Positions 1-10,704 of a stretch of 64,000 nt of DNA are shown in pieces. A program made the position numbers and the translations under genes. The notes under the pieces are model-generated. The model was not told the DNA's origin. It worked only from the letters and a program-made list of their open reading frames with translations, and did no database searches. The stretch spans positions 8,800,001 through 8,864,000 of the forward strand of contig OZ244999.1 in NCBI GenBank assembly GCA_965223265.1, read 5' to 3'. Position 1 is the stretch's first letter; each line of letters starts with the position of its first letter. The DNA comes from Planctomycetota bacterium. Lineage in GTDB: Bacteria; Planctomycetota; UBA8108; SXIK01.

Positions 1-96
1 GTCGGCTCGGAATGGCGACCAATTGAACATCGAGAGCCGAAGCAGCGGACGGACGGCTGAAGAAAGATTTCGACAAATACCTCCGACGGAGAGACG

Positions 97-975
97 GTGA
101 GACGAACGATGAAGACGAACCAAGTGGCTGTCTGGGTTTCGTTGTTGATGCTAGCGGTTCTGGGCGGGAGTGCGTGTGAGAATGGAAGCGCACCGACTGA
201 CGACAAAGCGACGGGTGCGGACACGACCACGGGTGATGCGAAGGCGAAGGCTGACGCCGCTGCCGGGGACGCCGTCAAGACGACGGAAGACGCTGCTGCG
301 AAAGCGAGTGCTACCGCTGACGACGTCGTCAAGGCGAGCAAAGATGCGGCGGCGAAAGCTGTCGAGGAATCGAAGGCGAAGGTGGAACCAGTGATTCAAT
401 CGATTGAGACGTTCATCGGTCAGGCCAATGTCGACAAAGAGAACTCCAACTGGCGCACGTCGCTTCCGAAACCGCCCAAGGCCACGTTTCCTGAGGGCGC
501 GACCTATTTCTGGAATCTCAAAACGAACAAAGGTGACATCACCGTGAGTCTGATGCCGAATGTCGCTCCGATGCACGTCACCAGCACGATTTACCTGACG
601 CTGCTTGGGTTCTACGATGGGCTCATCTTTCACCGTGTGATTCCTGGGTTCATGGCTCAAGGCGGCTGCCCGCTCGGGAGGGGCACCGGCGGACCGGGTT
701 ATCAGTACCAAGGTGAGTTCGACCGGTCGGTGCGCCACGACCGTCCCGGTCTTCTCAGCATGGCGAACGCCGGACCAGGAACCGACGGCAGCCAGTTCTT
801 CTTGACGTTCGTGCCGACGCCTCATCTCGATGGTAGGCACACGATTTTCGGCGAAGTCACGGCTGGACTCGAAACCCTGAAGGCTTTAGAAGCATTGGGC
901 TCTCGCTCTGGCGCCACGAGCGAGCGGCTGGTGATCGAAAAGGCGACGATCACGACGGGGGACGACGCCCGCTGA
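97..975 (+). CDS. Cyclophilin-type peptidyl-prolyl cis-trans isomerase with N-terminal lipoprotein-like signal and Ala/Lys/Asp-rich linker
   Basis: Motifs FHRVIPGFMAQGG, LSMANAGPGTDGSQFF and HLDGRHTIFGEV. Hydrophobic N-terminus ending GSAC. Start may be 109. Confidence 0.93.
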   Translation: MRRTMKTNQVAVWVSLLMLAVLGGSACENGSAPTDDKATGADTTTGDAKAKADAAAGDAVKTTEDAAAKASATADDVVKASKDAAAKAVEESKAKVEPVIQSIETFIGQANVDKENSNWRTSLPKPPKATFPEGATYFWNLKTNKGDITVSLMPNVAPMHVTSTIYLTLLGFYDGLIFHRVIPGFMAQGGCPLGRGTGGPGYQYQGEFDRSVRHDRPGLLSMANAGPGTDGSQFFLTFVPTPHLDGRHTIFGEVTAGLETLKALEALGSRSGATSERLVIEKATITTGDDAR

Positions 976-1452
976 AGAGCGGCGGGCTCGCGCCTCTCCG
1001 AGGGTCCGGTCGGCAAACAGAAGGAACGCAACCGTGGGCCCGGAGGCGGGGCTCGTCGGCAGCAGGTACACATTCAGACTCTGCGCGGGGCGAAGCCTCT
1101 ACCGCCATCGTGCGGACTCTTGGGACCTCGAAATCGCTACCGGTCGGTCGGCGAGCCATGTTCGATCGCAGGCCCTCCATGGGCTGGCAAGGTGACCACA
1201 CAGGGGGTCTGCGTTCGGGGCCGGCGCGCTGGCTCCTACCCGATCACTTCTCGAGATTTTCTCGGTCGCGTCCCATAATCTCTTCAGGCTCTCGTACCTT
1301 CCAGCCGAAGAGAAGGTTCTCGGAAGGCGCCTGCGTGAGGCGATCTTCCGGAAATCCTCGGCTGTCTCTTGCCGCACGCGGCGCGTGCAGGATCAGCGCA
1401 GAGCGGCCGGAGTCTGACGACTGTCGGAATGGTGAGCTGATCGGAGGAGCGC

Positions 1453-2610
1453 ATGGCTTGGCAGACGATCAACGAGGCGGGCAGGCATCGAGTCGTTGTC
1501 ACGCGCGATCTACCTGGAGAGAGGTGGCGGCAGACACTCATCGACGCCGACTGCCGCATCGAAGTGAGGCAAGAAGAGGAAGGCTCGATGCGACCTTTGG
1601 GTACCGATGCGCTGAGAGCCGCCATCGGCGAGCGCTGTGACGCCGTGATCGGTCAACTCAATGAGCGCTGGGACTTCGAGCTTTTCGAAGCACTCCGGCG
1701 TGCAGGCGGCCGCGTCTACAACAACTTCGCGGCGGGGTATGACAACGTCGATGTCGTTGCAGCGACGGCCCGCAAGATCGCAGTCGGCAACACACCTTCG
1801 GTGCTGACTCGAGCTACCGTCGAGCTCGCGGCGGCGTTGACATTTGCTGCGGCGCGGCGGTTGGGGGAGGCGGAAGTCTATCTGCGCGTCGGTAAGTTTG
1901 ACGGTTGGTCCCCGAAGCTATTTCTCGGCAAAGAGCTTTACGGGGCGCGGCTAGGAGTCGTTGGAGCAGGACGCATAGGAAGTGCTTACGCTCGACTCAT
2001 GGGCGGCTGCGGCATGAACGTGTCGTATTTCGATGCCGAAAGAAACCTCGAGCTCGAGAACTACTTCACTCGCTGGAGCGAAATCGTCACGTCGCAAACG
2101 GCGCCGAGGTCCGTGTGCACCTTTGTTCCTGATCTCGATCAACTCCTCGCCGAGAGCGACGTCGTGTCGCTCCACGTGCCGCTTGAGGAGAGCACGCGTC
2201 ACTTGATTTCTGCGGAGCGCTTGGCGCGCATGAAGCCCGACGCGATTTTGATCAACACGAGTCGCGGAGCGGTGATCGATGAGGCCGCATTGGTTGCTCA
2301 CCTACGCGCTTGCCCCGAGTTTCGTGTCGGGCTCGACGTCTTCGAAAACGAGCCAGCACTCGAGCCGGGGCTCGACGAACTACCGAACGCGGTTCTCTTG
2401 CCGCACGTTGGCAGCGCGACAACACGGGCTCGTGAAGGGATGGCTGTCGTCGCCGCGGCCAACGTCGCGTGCATCCTACGCGGCGATCCGGTAGCGACGA
2501 CGGCGGTCTCTGAGAATTACGGCGAGGAAGAAACACCGCGGGCGGCGCCTTCGATCGTCAACTGCCGTGAGCTCGGCCTCGAGATCGTCCAAACCAAAGA
2601 GAAGGCGTAG
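1453..2610 (+). CDS. D-glycerate dehydrogenase / hydroxypyruvate reductase (D-2-hydroxyacid dehydrogenase family)
   Basis: GAGRIG Rossmann motif, NTSRG, GLDVFENEP, PHVGSAT. GGAGGAG RBS. Confidence 0.9.
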   Translation: MAWQTINEAGRHRVVVTRDLPGERWRQTLIDADCRIEVRQEEEGSMRPLGTDALRAAIGERCDAVIGQLNERWDFELFEALRRAGGRVYNNFAAGYDNVDVVAATARKIAVGNTPSVLTRATVELAAALTFAAARRLGEAEVYLRVGKFDGWSPKLFLGKELYGARLGVVGAGRIGSAYARLMGGCGMNVSYFDAERNLELENYFTRWSEIVTSQTAPRSVCTFVPDLDQLLAESDVVSLHVPLEESTRHLISAERLARMKPDAILINTSRGAVIDEAALVAHLRACPEFRVGLDVFENEPALEPGLDELPNAVLLPHVGSATTRAREGMAVVAAANVACILRGDPVATTAVSENYGEEETPRAAPSIVNCRELGLEIVQTKEKA

Positions 2611-2734
2611 CCGCCGCTCCAGACAGCACCCGTGCGCGACGGCGCGATCGCGTCCGGTTCAGCTTGCGCGGGGGAGTCCGTATGTGCCACACTGGCTCCC
2701 ATCAGTCTCCCCCGACCAGATGAGAGAGGATTTC

Positions 2735-3997
2735 ATGCTGAGAATGAGCCGCAGTGGTGAACGTGCACCTCGACTTTTGCTTTCGATCATTCGTTTCGCC
2801 GTCGTCCTTGTCACGGGCGTCGCGGTATGTCTCTCGGACACCGTCGCGTCTGAGTTCGCCATCCGCGTGCAGGCGGGAAATCACGATCGCTCCGCGACAC
2901 CCGTGCGCGTTGATCTGCCGGACGGACTCCAGCTTCGAGGCGAGTATCGATTGATCTCCCCCGACAGCGGCGATGCGGTTGCCGTGCAGCTGGTCGCCGA
3001 CGGCAGAGCGATCGAATTCATTCTCGATCAACCGCTCGCTGCGGGCGCTGCGCGAACGTATCGTCTCGAGAAAGGCATCTCGACGCACGGCCTCGAGCTC
3101 ATCGATCGTGACGGACGCCAAGCGCTCTTTCGTTACGGCGGGAAGAACATCCTGCGCTACAACTACGGCACGATGGAGCCGCCGGAGGGAATCGAACCGA
3201 TCTATGCGCGAAGCGGATACATTCATCCGCTATGGAGTCCTTCCGGGCGTGTGGTGTCGAACGATTTCCCGCTGCGCCATAAGCACCACCACGGAGTCTG
3301 GTTTCCTTGGACGAAGACCGTCTTCGAAGGCCGCGAGGTCGACTTCTGGAACATGGGTGCCGGCAAAGGACTCGTCGAAAGCGTCGGCGTCGACCGTCGC
3401 TACAGCGGCAATGTCTTCGCGGGGTTCACAGCGCGTCACCGCTTCATCGATTTGAAAGCACCGGACGGACCGAAGCCCGCGCTCAACGAGGTTTGGGACG
3501 TCAAGGTCTACGCCCTGGACCGTTACTTCGTCGTCGATTTCGAATCGATCCAGGAGTGTGCTTCGGATTCCCCGCTCGAGCTCAAGCAAAACCGCTACGG
3601 TGGATTCGGGTTCCGAGGCTCCGGTGAATGGGAAGGCGAGACCGGCTGTGCGTTTCTCACTAGCGAAGGCAAGACGCGGCTCGACGGTCATGCTACCTCG
3701 GCGCGCTGGTGTGCGATCTACGGCAAGGTCGATGGCGCTGACTGCGGCGTCACATTCTTTGGCCATCCCGAGAATTTTCGCGCGCCGCAGCGCATGCGCC
3801 TCCATCCTAAGGAGCCGTTCTTCAACTTCGCGCCGTGTCAGAACGGTGATTTCAAGATCAAGCCGGGAGAACCCTACCGCTCGCGCTATCGCTTCGTCGT
3901 CTACGATGGTCGTCCCGAGGTGGCGGAGATGGAACGGCTGTGGTACGACTACTCCGAGCCGCCAGTTGCCGCCGTGGTGCTGTCGTCCAAGCAGTGA
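2735..3997 (+). CDS. Secreted DUF6807 (PmoA-like family) protein
   Basis: Signal-like N-terminus, RSGYIHPL, HKHHHGVWF, RYGGFGFRG. GAGAGGA RBS before ATG 2735. Confidence 0.7.
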   Translation: MLRMSRSGERAPRLLLSIIRFAVVLVTGVAVCLSDTVASEFAIRVQAGNHDRSATPVRVDLPDGLQLRGEYRLISPDSGDAVAVQLVADGRAIEFILDQPLAAGAARTYRLEKGISTHGLELIDRDGRQALFRYGGKNILRYNYGTMEPPEGIEPIYARSGYIHPLWSPSGRVVSNDFPLRHKHHHGVWFPWTKTVFEGREVDFWNMGAGKGLVESVGVDRRYSGNVFAGFTARHRFIDLKAPDGPKPALNEVWDVKVYALDRYFVVDFESIQECASDSPLELKQNRYGGFGFRGSGEWEGETGCAFLTSEGKTRLDGHATSARWCAIYGKVDGADCGVTFFGHPENFRAPQRMRLHPKEPFFNFAPCQNGDFKIKPGEPYRSRYRFVVYDGRPEVAEMERLWYDYSEPPVAAVVLSSKQ

Positions 3998-4045
3998 GCC
4001 GCGGGGGCAGAACGTGCGACGCGTGCGGAGAGAGGTGCTCTCTCC

Positions 4046-4342
4046 TTACTCGAACAGAGCGGCGGTTTCTTCGTCAGTGAGAAAGACGAACAGCTCCTCA
4101 TCGTCAGGAACGTCGTCGGAGAGGATGCCGAGTTCTTTCAAGAACGACACCGACGGAACGTTGTAGGCGCCGCGAAGTTCGAGGAGCGCCTTGCCGTCGA
4201 GGTCGCCGTCGACGTATCTCAGGCCGACCGCGAACGGGCGTTCAATCGACAGAATCTTGTAGATGGCTTCGTTGTGGATCAGAAATTGACCAGCCCGGAC
4301 GCAGTCGGCCGGGAGGCGCTTCATCGCGCGTGCTGTGATCAT
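4046..4342 (-). CDS. Small hypothetical protein (~98 aa)
   Basis: Protein-like composition with acidic C-terminus. Start uncertain. Confidence 0.45.
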   Translation of the reverse strand: MITARAMKRLPADCVRAGQFLIHNEAIYKILSIERPFAVGLRYVDGDLDGKALLELRGAYNVPSVSFLKELGILSDDVPDDEELFVFLTDEETAALFE

Positions 4343-4698
4343 CGCTGGTTCCGGTGGTGGAGGGGCTTGAGGTGGGGAGGGCGAGGGAAAACAGGCTAGG
4401 TAAGGAGTCGGAGATCTCTCAGCAGTTGTAACGAGCAAGCACCGTACCGGTGTTTTCGTGTTTTCTTAGCCAGGGGTGAAACAGCCGGCGAAACGCAGTC
4501 TCTTGAGAAAGTTCTCCGAGGTTGCTTGTGTCTTGCTGGGCGTGAACGAGCCAGTTTCTCGAACTAGTTTCGTCCACAGCTGCTCGTGCTGCACGACTGC
4601 GGTGTGTCCAGTTGATGGACACCGGAATTCCGCGGACGAACGTCCAAGTCTTAGACGTCCGCAAACGTGGCGAGTACGCGCGCCGAGTTTCTGCGGGT

Positions 4699-6654
4699 TC
4701 AGCGGTGCTCTTCGCCGCGCAGGAGCGGCTTGACGCGCCAGTCGGCGCGTTCGCCGAAGCGGAAGTTTTGACCCGCGTGACCGGCGTGTTGGTCTCGATA
4801 AATGGCCCGGATAGCGGCTGTCTCTAAGGGCGGGACGACCAGGAAGCAGGCTGCGAGAGCCACGACGGCCAGGCGCAGCCGGCCGCGGAAATCGGTCGCT
4901 TGCTCCGGCACGTCGATCTTTTCACGCTCCGGAAGCGTGAACAGCAAGAGGGTGCAGATGAGCGCGTTCATCAGGATCACCCATTCGGTAAGGAGTCGCT
5001 GTGGGTGAAAGGAGACGATCGCCTTTGTTGCGTTGCCGATCGTGAAGACCCAAAGGAGAAGAAAGTATGCCAGCTGCCCTCGACCCAGCCAGGTCATGGA
5101 GAAGATTCCCAAAGGCCGGTGACAGTGAAGCCAGAGGACGATCCCCGCGACGACGAGGGCCGTCCAGGCGAAGGAGTTGAACCAGAAGAGCGCCGACGGC
5201 GCGGCATCAAAGAACTCCTCGAGCTTGATCAAGGGAGGATGCATGCTGGCTGGAACGGACTTCGCTCTCGTCCAGTCGTTGACGTTCTTCACCATGTTGA
5301 CGTAGATCACGATCGGTAGTGCGAAGAAGATCGCGAAACCTTCCGTCCACCGGCTGCGCGGGGCATGGTCGTTCAGCGGGCCTGTGCGATTGACGAGGAG
5401 CGCCATCGCGATCGCGACACCGACGCCGTTGACGAAACCGTAGGACTGTTCGAGGAAGCTGTGCCAGTTCTGGTGTTGCCAGTGTTGCCACGCCTCGACG
5501 ACTGCAGGGTCGCTGACAATGTTTGGATTGCCAAACGAAACCAAGACAAGTTTCAGCCACACCATGCCAGAGAAACCGATGCCGCCGATCAAGCCGCAGA
5601 CCACGGAGGCGTACACGATCGAACGGAGGCCGCTACGGAGAAAGTAGATATAGGCCCCGGCGACAAGTCCGAGGACTCCAGCCCAGTTGTCACCACGCGG
5701 CTCGGTCATGCGTAGTCCGAGCAGGACTGGCAGCAAAAGGAACACCGCAAACCAACCGAGGCACATGTGCAGAAAGAGAGAAGATCCGCAGCGGAATTTG
5801 CCATACCGGCAAAAGTAAACCGCGACACCAACGATCGCACCGAGTCCCCAGCCGATGTGAGCCTTTGCATGAGTCAAGAAAAGCGGCCAGTTCGTCACCA
5901 AGCGGGCCTTCTCGAACTGATCGCTGTCACCATGATGCCGCGTCAGCAAATCGGCGATGACTTCTGAGAGCCCGACCACGCTGAGGAGCCTGTGAATGAT
6001 GAAGCCGAACACCGCCCCGAGGGCAACGAAGAGCGCGAGACGGCCAAGGTTGTCGCCGCGTCGATTCCACACGTCGAATACGAGGAGTGCAGCAATGGCT
6101 GCTAAGACTTGCAACCAATCGCTGTCGAGCCAATAGAAGGCTCGTTCGTGCCTTCTCAGTCCCTCCAAGGTCTCTTCCGGGGTCCATTTCAGTTCGAGAG
6201 TGTTCAGCACACCGTCGCGGAAGAAATAGAGAAAGATCTGGGCTGCGATGATGAAACCAAGCGGCTTGAAAAGCTCCGTGAGAGCGCGTCGTTCGAGTAC
6301 TGCGGGGAGGGCGGTCCCGGCGCCACCAAGGGATGCCCACAGATAGCCGAGAACGAAGAGCATCGCGAAGCCGTACGCAACGCTTTCGCGATGCCCAGAG
6401 TGGGTATAGGAAACGACCTGCATGTACGAGAATGAGCCGCCGAGTCCCCAACCGACAGCGCCGAAGAAAGCGAAATACGCGACGCGCTGGCGCCAGTCTT
6501 GCCTTCCGGAGAGAAGGCAAACGGCGATCGCAGTCAGCGCACCCGGTAGCATGGCGCCGAATTCGTGACCGTAGTTACCGCGGATTCCCCAGCCGATCGA
6601 AAGCGACAGCGCCGCGAACAGGATGTGGGTTGGCTTGAAGAGAGGGTTCATCAT
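4699..6654 (-). CDS. Polytopic membrane protein of unknown function
   Basis: 651 aa with many hydrophobic segments. N-terminal GWGIRGNYGHEFGAMLPG motif. Confidence 0.8.
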   Translation of the reverse strand: MMNPLFKPTHILFAALSLSIGWGIRGNYGHEFGAMLPGALTAIAVCLLSGRQDWRQRVAYFAFFGAVGWGLGGSFSYMQVVSYTHSGHRESVAYGFAMLFVLGYLWASLGGAGTALPAVLERRALTELFKPLGFIIAAQIFLYFFRDGVLNTLELKWTPEETLEGLRRHERAFYWLDSDWLQVLAAIAALLVFDVWNRRGDNLGRLALFVALGAVFGFIIHRLLSVVGLSEVIADLLTRHHGDSDQFEKARLVTNWPLFLTHAKAHIGWGLGAIVGVAVYFCRYGKFRCGSSLFLHMCLGWFAVFLLLPVLLGLRMTEPRGDNWAGVLGLVAGAYIYFLRSGLRSIVYASVVCGLIGGIGFSGMVWLKLVLVSFGNPNIVSDPAVVEAWQHWQHQNWHSFLEQSYGFVNGVGVAIAMALLVNRTGPLNDHAPRSRWTEGFAIFFALPIVIYVNMVKNVNDWTRAKSVPASMHPPLIKLEEFFDAAPSALFWFNSFAWTALVVAGIVLWLHCHRPLGIFSMTWLGRGQLAYFLLLWVFTIGNATKAIVSFHPQRLLTEWVILMNALICTLLLFTLPEREKIDVPEQATDFRGRLRLAVVALAACFLVVPPLETAAIRAIYRDQHAGHAGQNFRFGERADWRVKPLLRGEEHR

Positions 6655-6971
6655 CGAAATCGGGCAGGGTGCTCTCCCCGGGGTTCGCCATAGCTTCGGA
6701 AGCTTTGTGTAGCCGAGTATAGTTGAACTCGTTTGGCGAAGCTTGCTGCATCTCGCCCGCGCAGAGTCTTGTCCCGAATAAAGGTCTAACTCGTGATGTC
6801 TCGTTCAGCGTTCTCGATCGGGCATGGGGCGGACGTCCGGGCCGCCAGCCGAAGACGTCGCGAAGGATCGCGCCCGATCGAGAACCCGTCGGCCCTGCAC
6901 TCGTGTGCCCTTGGATGCCACGGTGCGACCTTTCTCGGAGACGTCTTCGGAGCGCGACCCAGCTTGTCGCG

Positions 6972-7748
6972 TCACGAAACGCGCGAGCGAATCCTCGCAT
7001 AGGCGTCGCGTGCGGTTTGGATCATGTAACCGAGCTCGCCTCCGACCTGCAGCCACTGACACCCAATGGAAGCGGCGTAGACGGCGAACTCGGGATCAAC
7101 GTCCATACCACTGCCCACGTATCGACCCGCGGCGCGGGCGCGACTGACGATGGATTCGATCGCTTGCCTGACTTCCGGATCGCCGAGCTGGCCGGGCTTA
7201 CCGAGAGAGAACGCGAGGTCGTGAGGGCCGAGCGCGATCGAATCGAGTCCATCGATCTGGAGGATTTCATCGAGGGCGTCGTAACCGCCGCGATTCTCGA
7301 TCTGCACGGCGACGAAGAGCTGGGCGTTGGCCTCAGCGAGGTAGGTCTCGTTCGCCACGTGACCGTAATTCGCTGCGCGTCGTGGCCCGTAGCCACGGCT
7401 GCCCTGCGGCGTGTAGCGACACGCTTCGACGACGCGCCGGACCTCCTCGGCGGAAGTGACTTGCGGCACCAAGACTCCGGGCGCCCCGGTGTCGATCACG
7501 CGCTTGATCATGCCGATGTCACTGGACGGCACGCGGACGATAGCGGGAGTTACGGTCGCGCGCGCCGCCATGAGGTGCGCCTGGAGGCTCTCAAGTCCGA
7601 GCGGCGTGTGCTCGAGATCGAGCCAGACGAAGTCGACCACGGGACCGAGCGCCTCGGTCACCGCTGGATCTGAGACGGAGATCCCAGAGCCAAGACAGAG
7701 GCGTCCAGAGTCAAGGTCGGCGCGAAACTTCTTCATCGCTGCAAACAT
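6972..7748 (-). CDS. HpcH/HpaI aldolase family protein
   Basis: WLDLEH, VRVP, QIEN and GPHDL motifs. Confidence 0.9.
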   Translation of the reverse strand: MFAAMKKFRADLDSGRLCLGSGISVSDPAVTEALGPVVDFVWLDLEHTPLGLESLQAHLMAARATVTPAIVRVPSSDIGMIKRVIDTGAPGVLVPQVTSAEEVRRVVEACRYTPQGSRGYGPRRAANYGHVANETYLAEANAQLFVAVQIENRGGYDALDEILQIDGLDSIALGPHDLAFSLGKPGQLGDPEVRQAIESIVSRARAAGRYVGSGMDVDPEFAVYAASIGCQWLQVGGELGYMIQTARDAYARIRSRVS

Positions 7749-7835
7749 GTGAAGATTCCTTCGTCTTGGTTGTGGTGTGTCCGGATCGAGGGTGCGCGGG
7801 TTGTGATTGGGCCACCCGTCGGAGAGCGCCCCTGA

Positions 7836-9257
7836 TTAGAGCAGTCCCCGTTTCATGGCTTCGGAGAGTGCCAAGCAGATGAGGATGATCAGAACGGATC
7901 CGAGGAGAAGGGAGGCGCCGACTCGCCCCATGCGGACGCGGCGATCCGTCTGGAAGGCGATCCAGCAGATCGCTAGCATCAGAACGGGGGTGTTGAAGAT
8001 GCCCGCGAGGTATTGTCCAAGTTTGACAATCTTTCCTGGATTCTCCGAGGCGACGAAAAAGTGCACGACGAGAAGGAACAGGAGAAACACGGCCTGTACG
8101 ATCTGGTGGCAGCGCTGCCGCGACCGCTCGTTGTCCCGCGCCAGGACGCCGAGGCTGGCAAGGAGATCAGCCCACATGCGCCCCGTGGCCGCTGTGGCAA
8201 CGACGAGCGTCGAAAAGAGGGTACAGAAGGCGCCGGCGTAGAAGATGCCGCGCGCCCAACCGCCATAGGTCGTCGTGTAGATGCTCGAGAGCTCGTCGAC
8301 AACCGCGGGGCCTTCTGGGGTGATTCCCTGGCGAAAGAGAATCGCCGAGCCAAGGAGAAAGTACGCAGCGGTGACGATCGTCGCGAGGAGCGTAGCAAAA
8401 CCGGCGTCGTAACGGATGACCCGGATCCAGCCTCGGGCACGCTCTTCCCATCCAGGCGACCCCGCCTGACCGATGAAGCCGTGGTAGCCTTTTTCGAGGA
8501 TCCAGTAGGGGTACATGAACAGTTCGTTCGCCGTCGTCCCGAGCGCCCCCATAAGGCTGATGACCGCGAACGCGGCCTCCGCCTTGTACTCGCCGAGCGA
8601 GAACGTCAGACCAGAAAACACCTCTTCGGAAGTCACCGCGTGTTCCGTGCCTTGAATCAGCACCAGGCCAACGGCCACGGAGACGCTGAACACGCCGACG
8701 AGGACCGCAACCAAGCGTTCGAGGTGGTGGTAGATGCTCTTCCACAGAATCAGGAGCGTGAAGAGTAGCAGGGCGACGGCCCAAGCATCGCGGCCGGCCC
8801 TCTCGGCGTTCTCGGCGTTGCCTTCCCCCGCAGTAAGTCCCAAGAACTCTACAAAGGAATCCAGCGGTATTAGAGTGCTCAAGAGTCCCGCGATGGCGCT
8901 CAGAATCGCTCCGATCGTCACCATCGAGATCATGTAGAAAACCATGAACACGATGCCGATCCACGAGGTGTTGAAGAGGCGTGGGCCGGGACAGAGGTTG
9001 AGCGCTTCGAACGTCGTGCGGTTGTGAATCAGCGCGTGGCGAGCGATCTCTACCTGCAGGAAGTACTTGATCACGCAGGCGATGATCACGACCCAGAGGA
9101 GTACGAAACCGAACTTGGCCGCCTGAAGCGGTGTGTTGATGATCTCTCCGGCGCCCATGACCGATCCGGCGACGACGATCGCGGGTCCCGAGGCGGCCAA
9201 GGTCAAGAAGAAGCCACGCGGCGCATTGCGCACGTAAGGTTCGGTGGGCTCACTCAA
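7836..9257 (-). CDS. Nramp-like divalent metal transporter family protein
   Basis: GPAIVVAGSVMGAGE, FGFVLLW, about 11 TM segments. TTG start with GGAG upstream. Confidence 0.8.
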   Translation of the reverse strand: MSEPTEPYVRNAPRGFFLTLAASGPAIVVAGSVMGAGEIINTPLQAAKFGFVLLWVVIIACVIKYFLQVEIARHALIHNRTTFEALNLCPGPRLFNTSWIGIVFMVFYMISMVTIGAILSAIAGLLSTLIPLDSFVEFLGLTAGEGNAENAERAGRDAWAVALLLFTLLILWKSIYHHLERLVAVLVGVFSVSVAVGLVLIQGTEHAVTSEEVFSGLTFSLGEYKAEAAFAVISLMGALGTTANELFMYPYWILEKGYHGFIGQAGSPGWEERARGWIRVIRYDAGFATLLATIVTAAYFLLGSAILFRQGITPEGPAVVDELSSIYTTTYGGWARGIFYAGAFCTLFSTLVVATAATGRMWADLLASLGVLARDNERSRQRCHQIVQAVFLLFLLVVHFFVASENPGKIVKLGQYLAGIFNTPVLMLAICWIAFQTDRRVRMGRVGASLLLGSVLIILICLALSEAMKRGLL

Positions 9258-9491
9258 GCTGCCGTTCTCCTCGGGGGCGATCGGAGGCGTTCGTTCAAGG
9301 TTCGTCGATCGAACCTCGACGCGGTCGCACGGGACGAGCGACCATTGTCGCGAGGCGACGGGGAGATGTCGAGGGGCAGGCCGATCCGATCTGGACCTCA
9401 AGGCGCAAGACCTTACGTCATGCAGCTGCCGCAGAACCCACAGAAACAGAGGTCGCTGATCGACGCAGGCGCGAGGGCGATGTGCCGGCTG

Positions 9492-10487
9492 CTATCTCTT
9501 CTCAGACTTCGGATGCGTCCGCGCTTCGGGATAGAACGTCCGAAGCGCGAAGTAGTAGCCGCTGATGCAAGTGACGCCCTTGAGTTCCGAATCGCAGTTG
9601 AGTACACGCTCAGCGGCGTCGTAGCTCAACTTGATGCGCCTTCGACCGACGCGGACGATGGCCCGCTTCTTCGCCGGCGGCAGGTGCGTGACCGGAACGA
9701 TGAGCGCATCCTTGCCGATTTCAATGAGTAGCGACCACGCTTTCGTGGGGACACTTTTGTCGCTATGTTTGACCGGAAAGAAGAGACGCGGCGACTCGGC
9801 GTAATCGGCGTACGGCGTGCGGCGGTAGTCGCGGCGGAACCCGGTCTCGGTCGACAAGACCTGCGCCTTCGACGAGCGTTTGAGCGCTGCACCGAGCGTC
9901 TCGAGGCGCGACGGAATCACCGTGAGCTTGAGACCTTTGTGTTTTCCCGTGACGCCCTGTCTGAGAAGCTGGGACCAAAGCGAGTCCGTTTCGCGATCGT
10001 AGAGGAGGACGTCACTTTGATACAGCAGGCCTGAAACACCGAACGTCAGAGTGTTGTCGCGAACGCGACGTGAGAACACCACACCAGTACCGCAAAGCGG
10101 GCAGTACGTAACGGAGATCGGCGTCTCGTCAATCGTGTCGTTGACGATTTCGTGCCAATTGAGTACGGCGAGCGGATAGAACTTGGTCGCGTCGCCCTCG
10201 GTCACGACTATGCCGCGTTCGTTCGCACCATAAAGCGTGAGTCCGGACTCCGCGGAGATGAATTTGGGCTCGTTGATCGCCGGGATCCCGTCGCGGGGTG
10301 GGCCGCCGCCAAGGATCTCGCTGCGCGGTATCAGGCTACCGGAGAGGTCGAAGCCGTTGGGGCGGTCGCGACTGTCCTGGGCTCTGATGCCGCCTACGAC
10401 GACGAGCGCCGCGGCGCCGAGGGCAAGCCAGACGATCGCGCGGCGCTGGGGCCTCTTGGTCAGGCGAGAGAAGCTCGAACGGTGCAT
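9492..10487 (-). CDS. DUF3179 domain protein
   Basis: GGPPRDGIPAI, WHEIVND, TYCPLCGTG, GVSGLLY, DRETDSLWSQ. Confidence 0.88.
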   Translation of the reverse strand: MHRSSFSRLTKRPQRRAIVWLALGAAALVVVGGIRAQDSRDRPNGFDLSGSLIPRSEILGGGPPRDGIPAINEPKFISAESGLTLYGANERGIVVTEGDATKFYPLAVLNWHEIVNDTIDETPISVTYCPLCGTGVVFSRRVRDNTLTFGVSGLLYQSDVLLYDRETDSLWSQLLRQGVTGKHKGLKLTVIPSRLETLGAALKRSSKAQVLSTETGFRRDYRRTPYADYAESPRLFFPVKHSDKSVPTKAWSLLIEIGKDALIVPVTHLPPAKKRAIVRVGRRRIKLSYDAAERVLNCDSELKGVTCISGYYFALRTFYPEARTHPKSEKR

Positions 10488-10501
10488 GGACTGACGGAAA
10501 C

Positions 10502-10684
10502 TCAATAGTTTCTGGAGCCGGAGCCGCTCGGGCGGGATCGCGTCGGCTTTGACGTTGGCTCCGTTGAGGTCGGCTCGCCGACGTGCGTTTGGTCGTCGGT
10601 GCCGGGGCAACCCACGAGCGCCAAAGACAGCAGAGCGGGCAGGAGGACTGCAAGGAGTGCGGCTTTGCGTGTGCGCAGCTTCAT
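10502..10684 (-). CDS. Putative small lipoprotein (60 aa)
   Basis: MKLRTRK, hydrophobic stretch, LVGC lipobox. GGAGA RBS. Confidence 0.55.
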   Translation of the reverse strand: MKLRTRKAALLAVLLPALLSLALVGCPGTDDQTHVGEPTSTEPTSKPTRSRPSGSGSRNY

Positions 10685-10704
10685 CTCGAAATCTCCGGAG
10701 GGAT

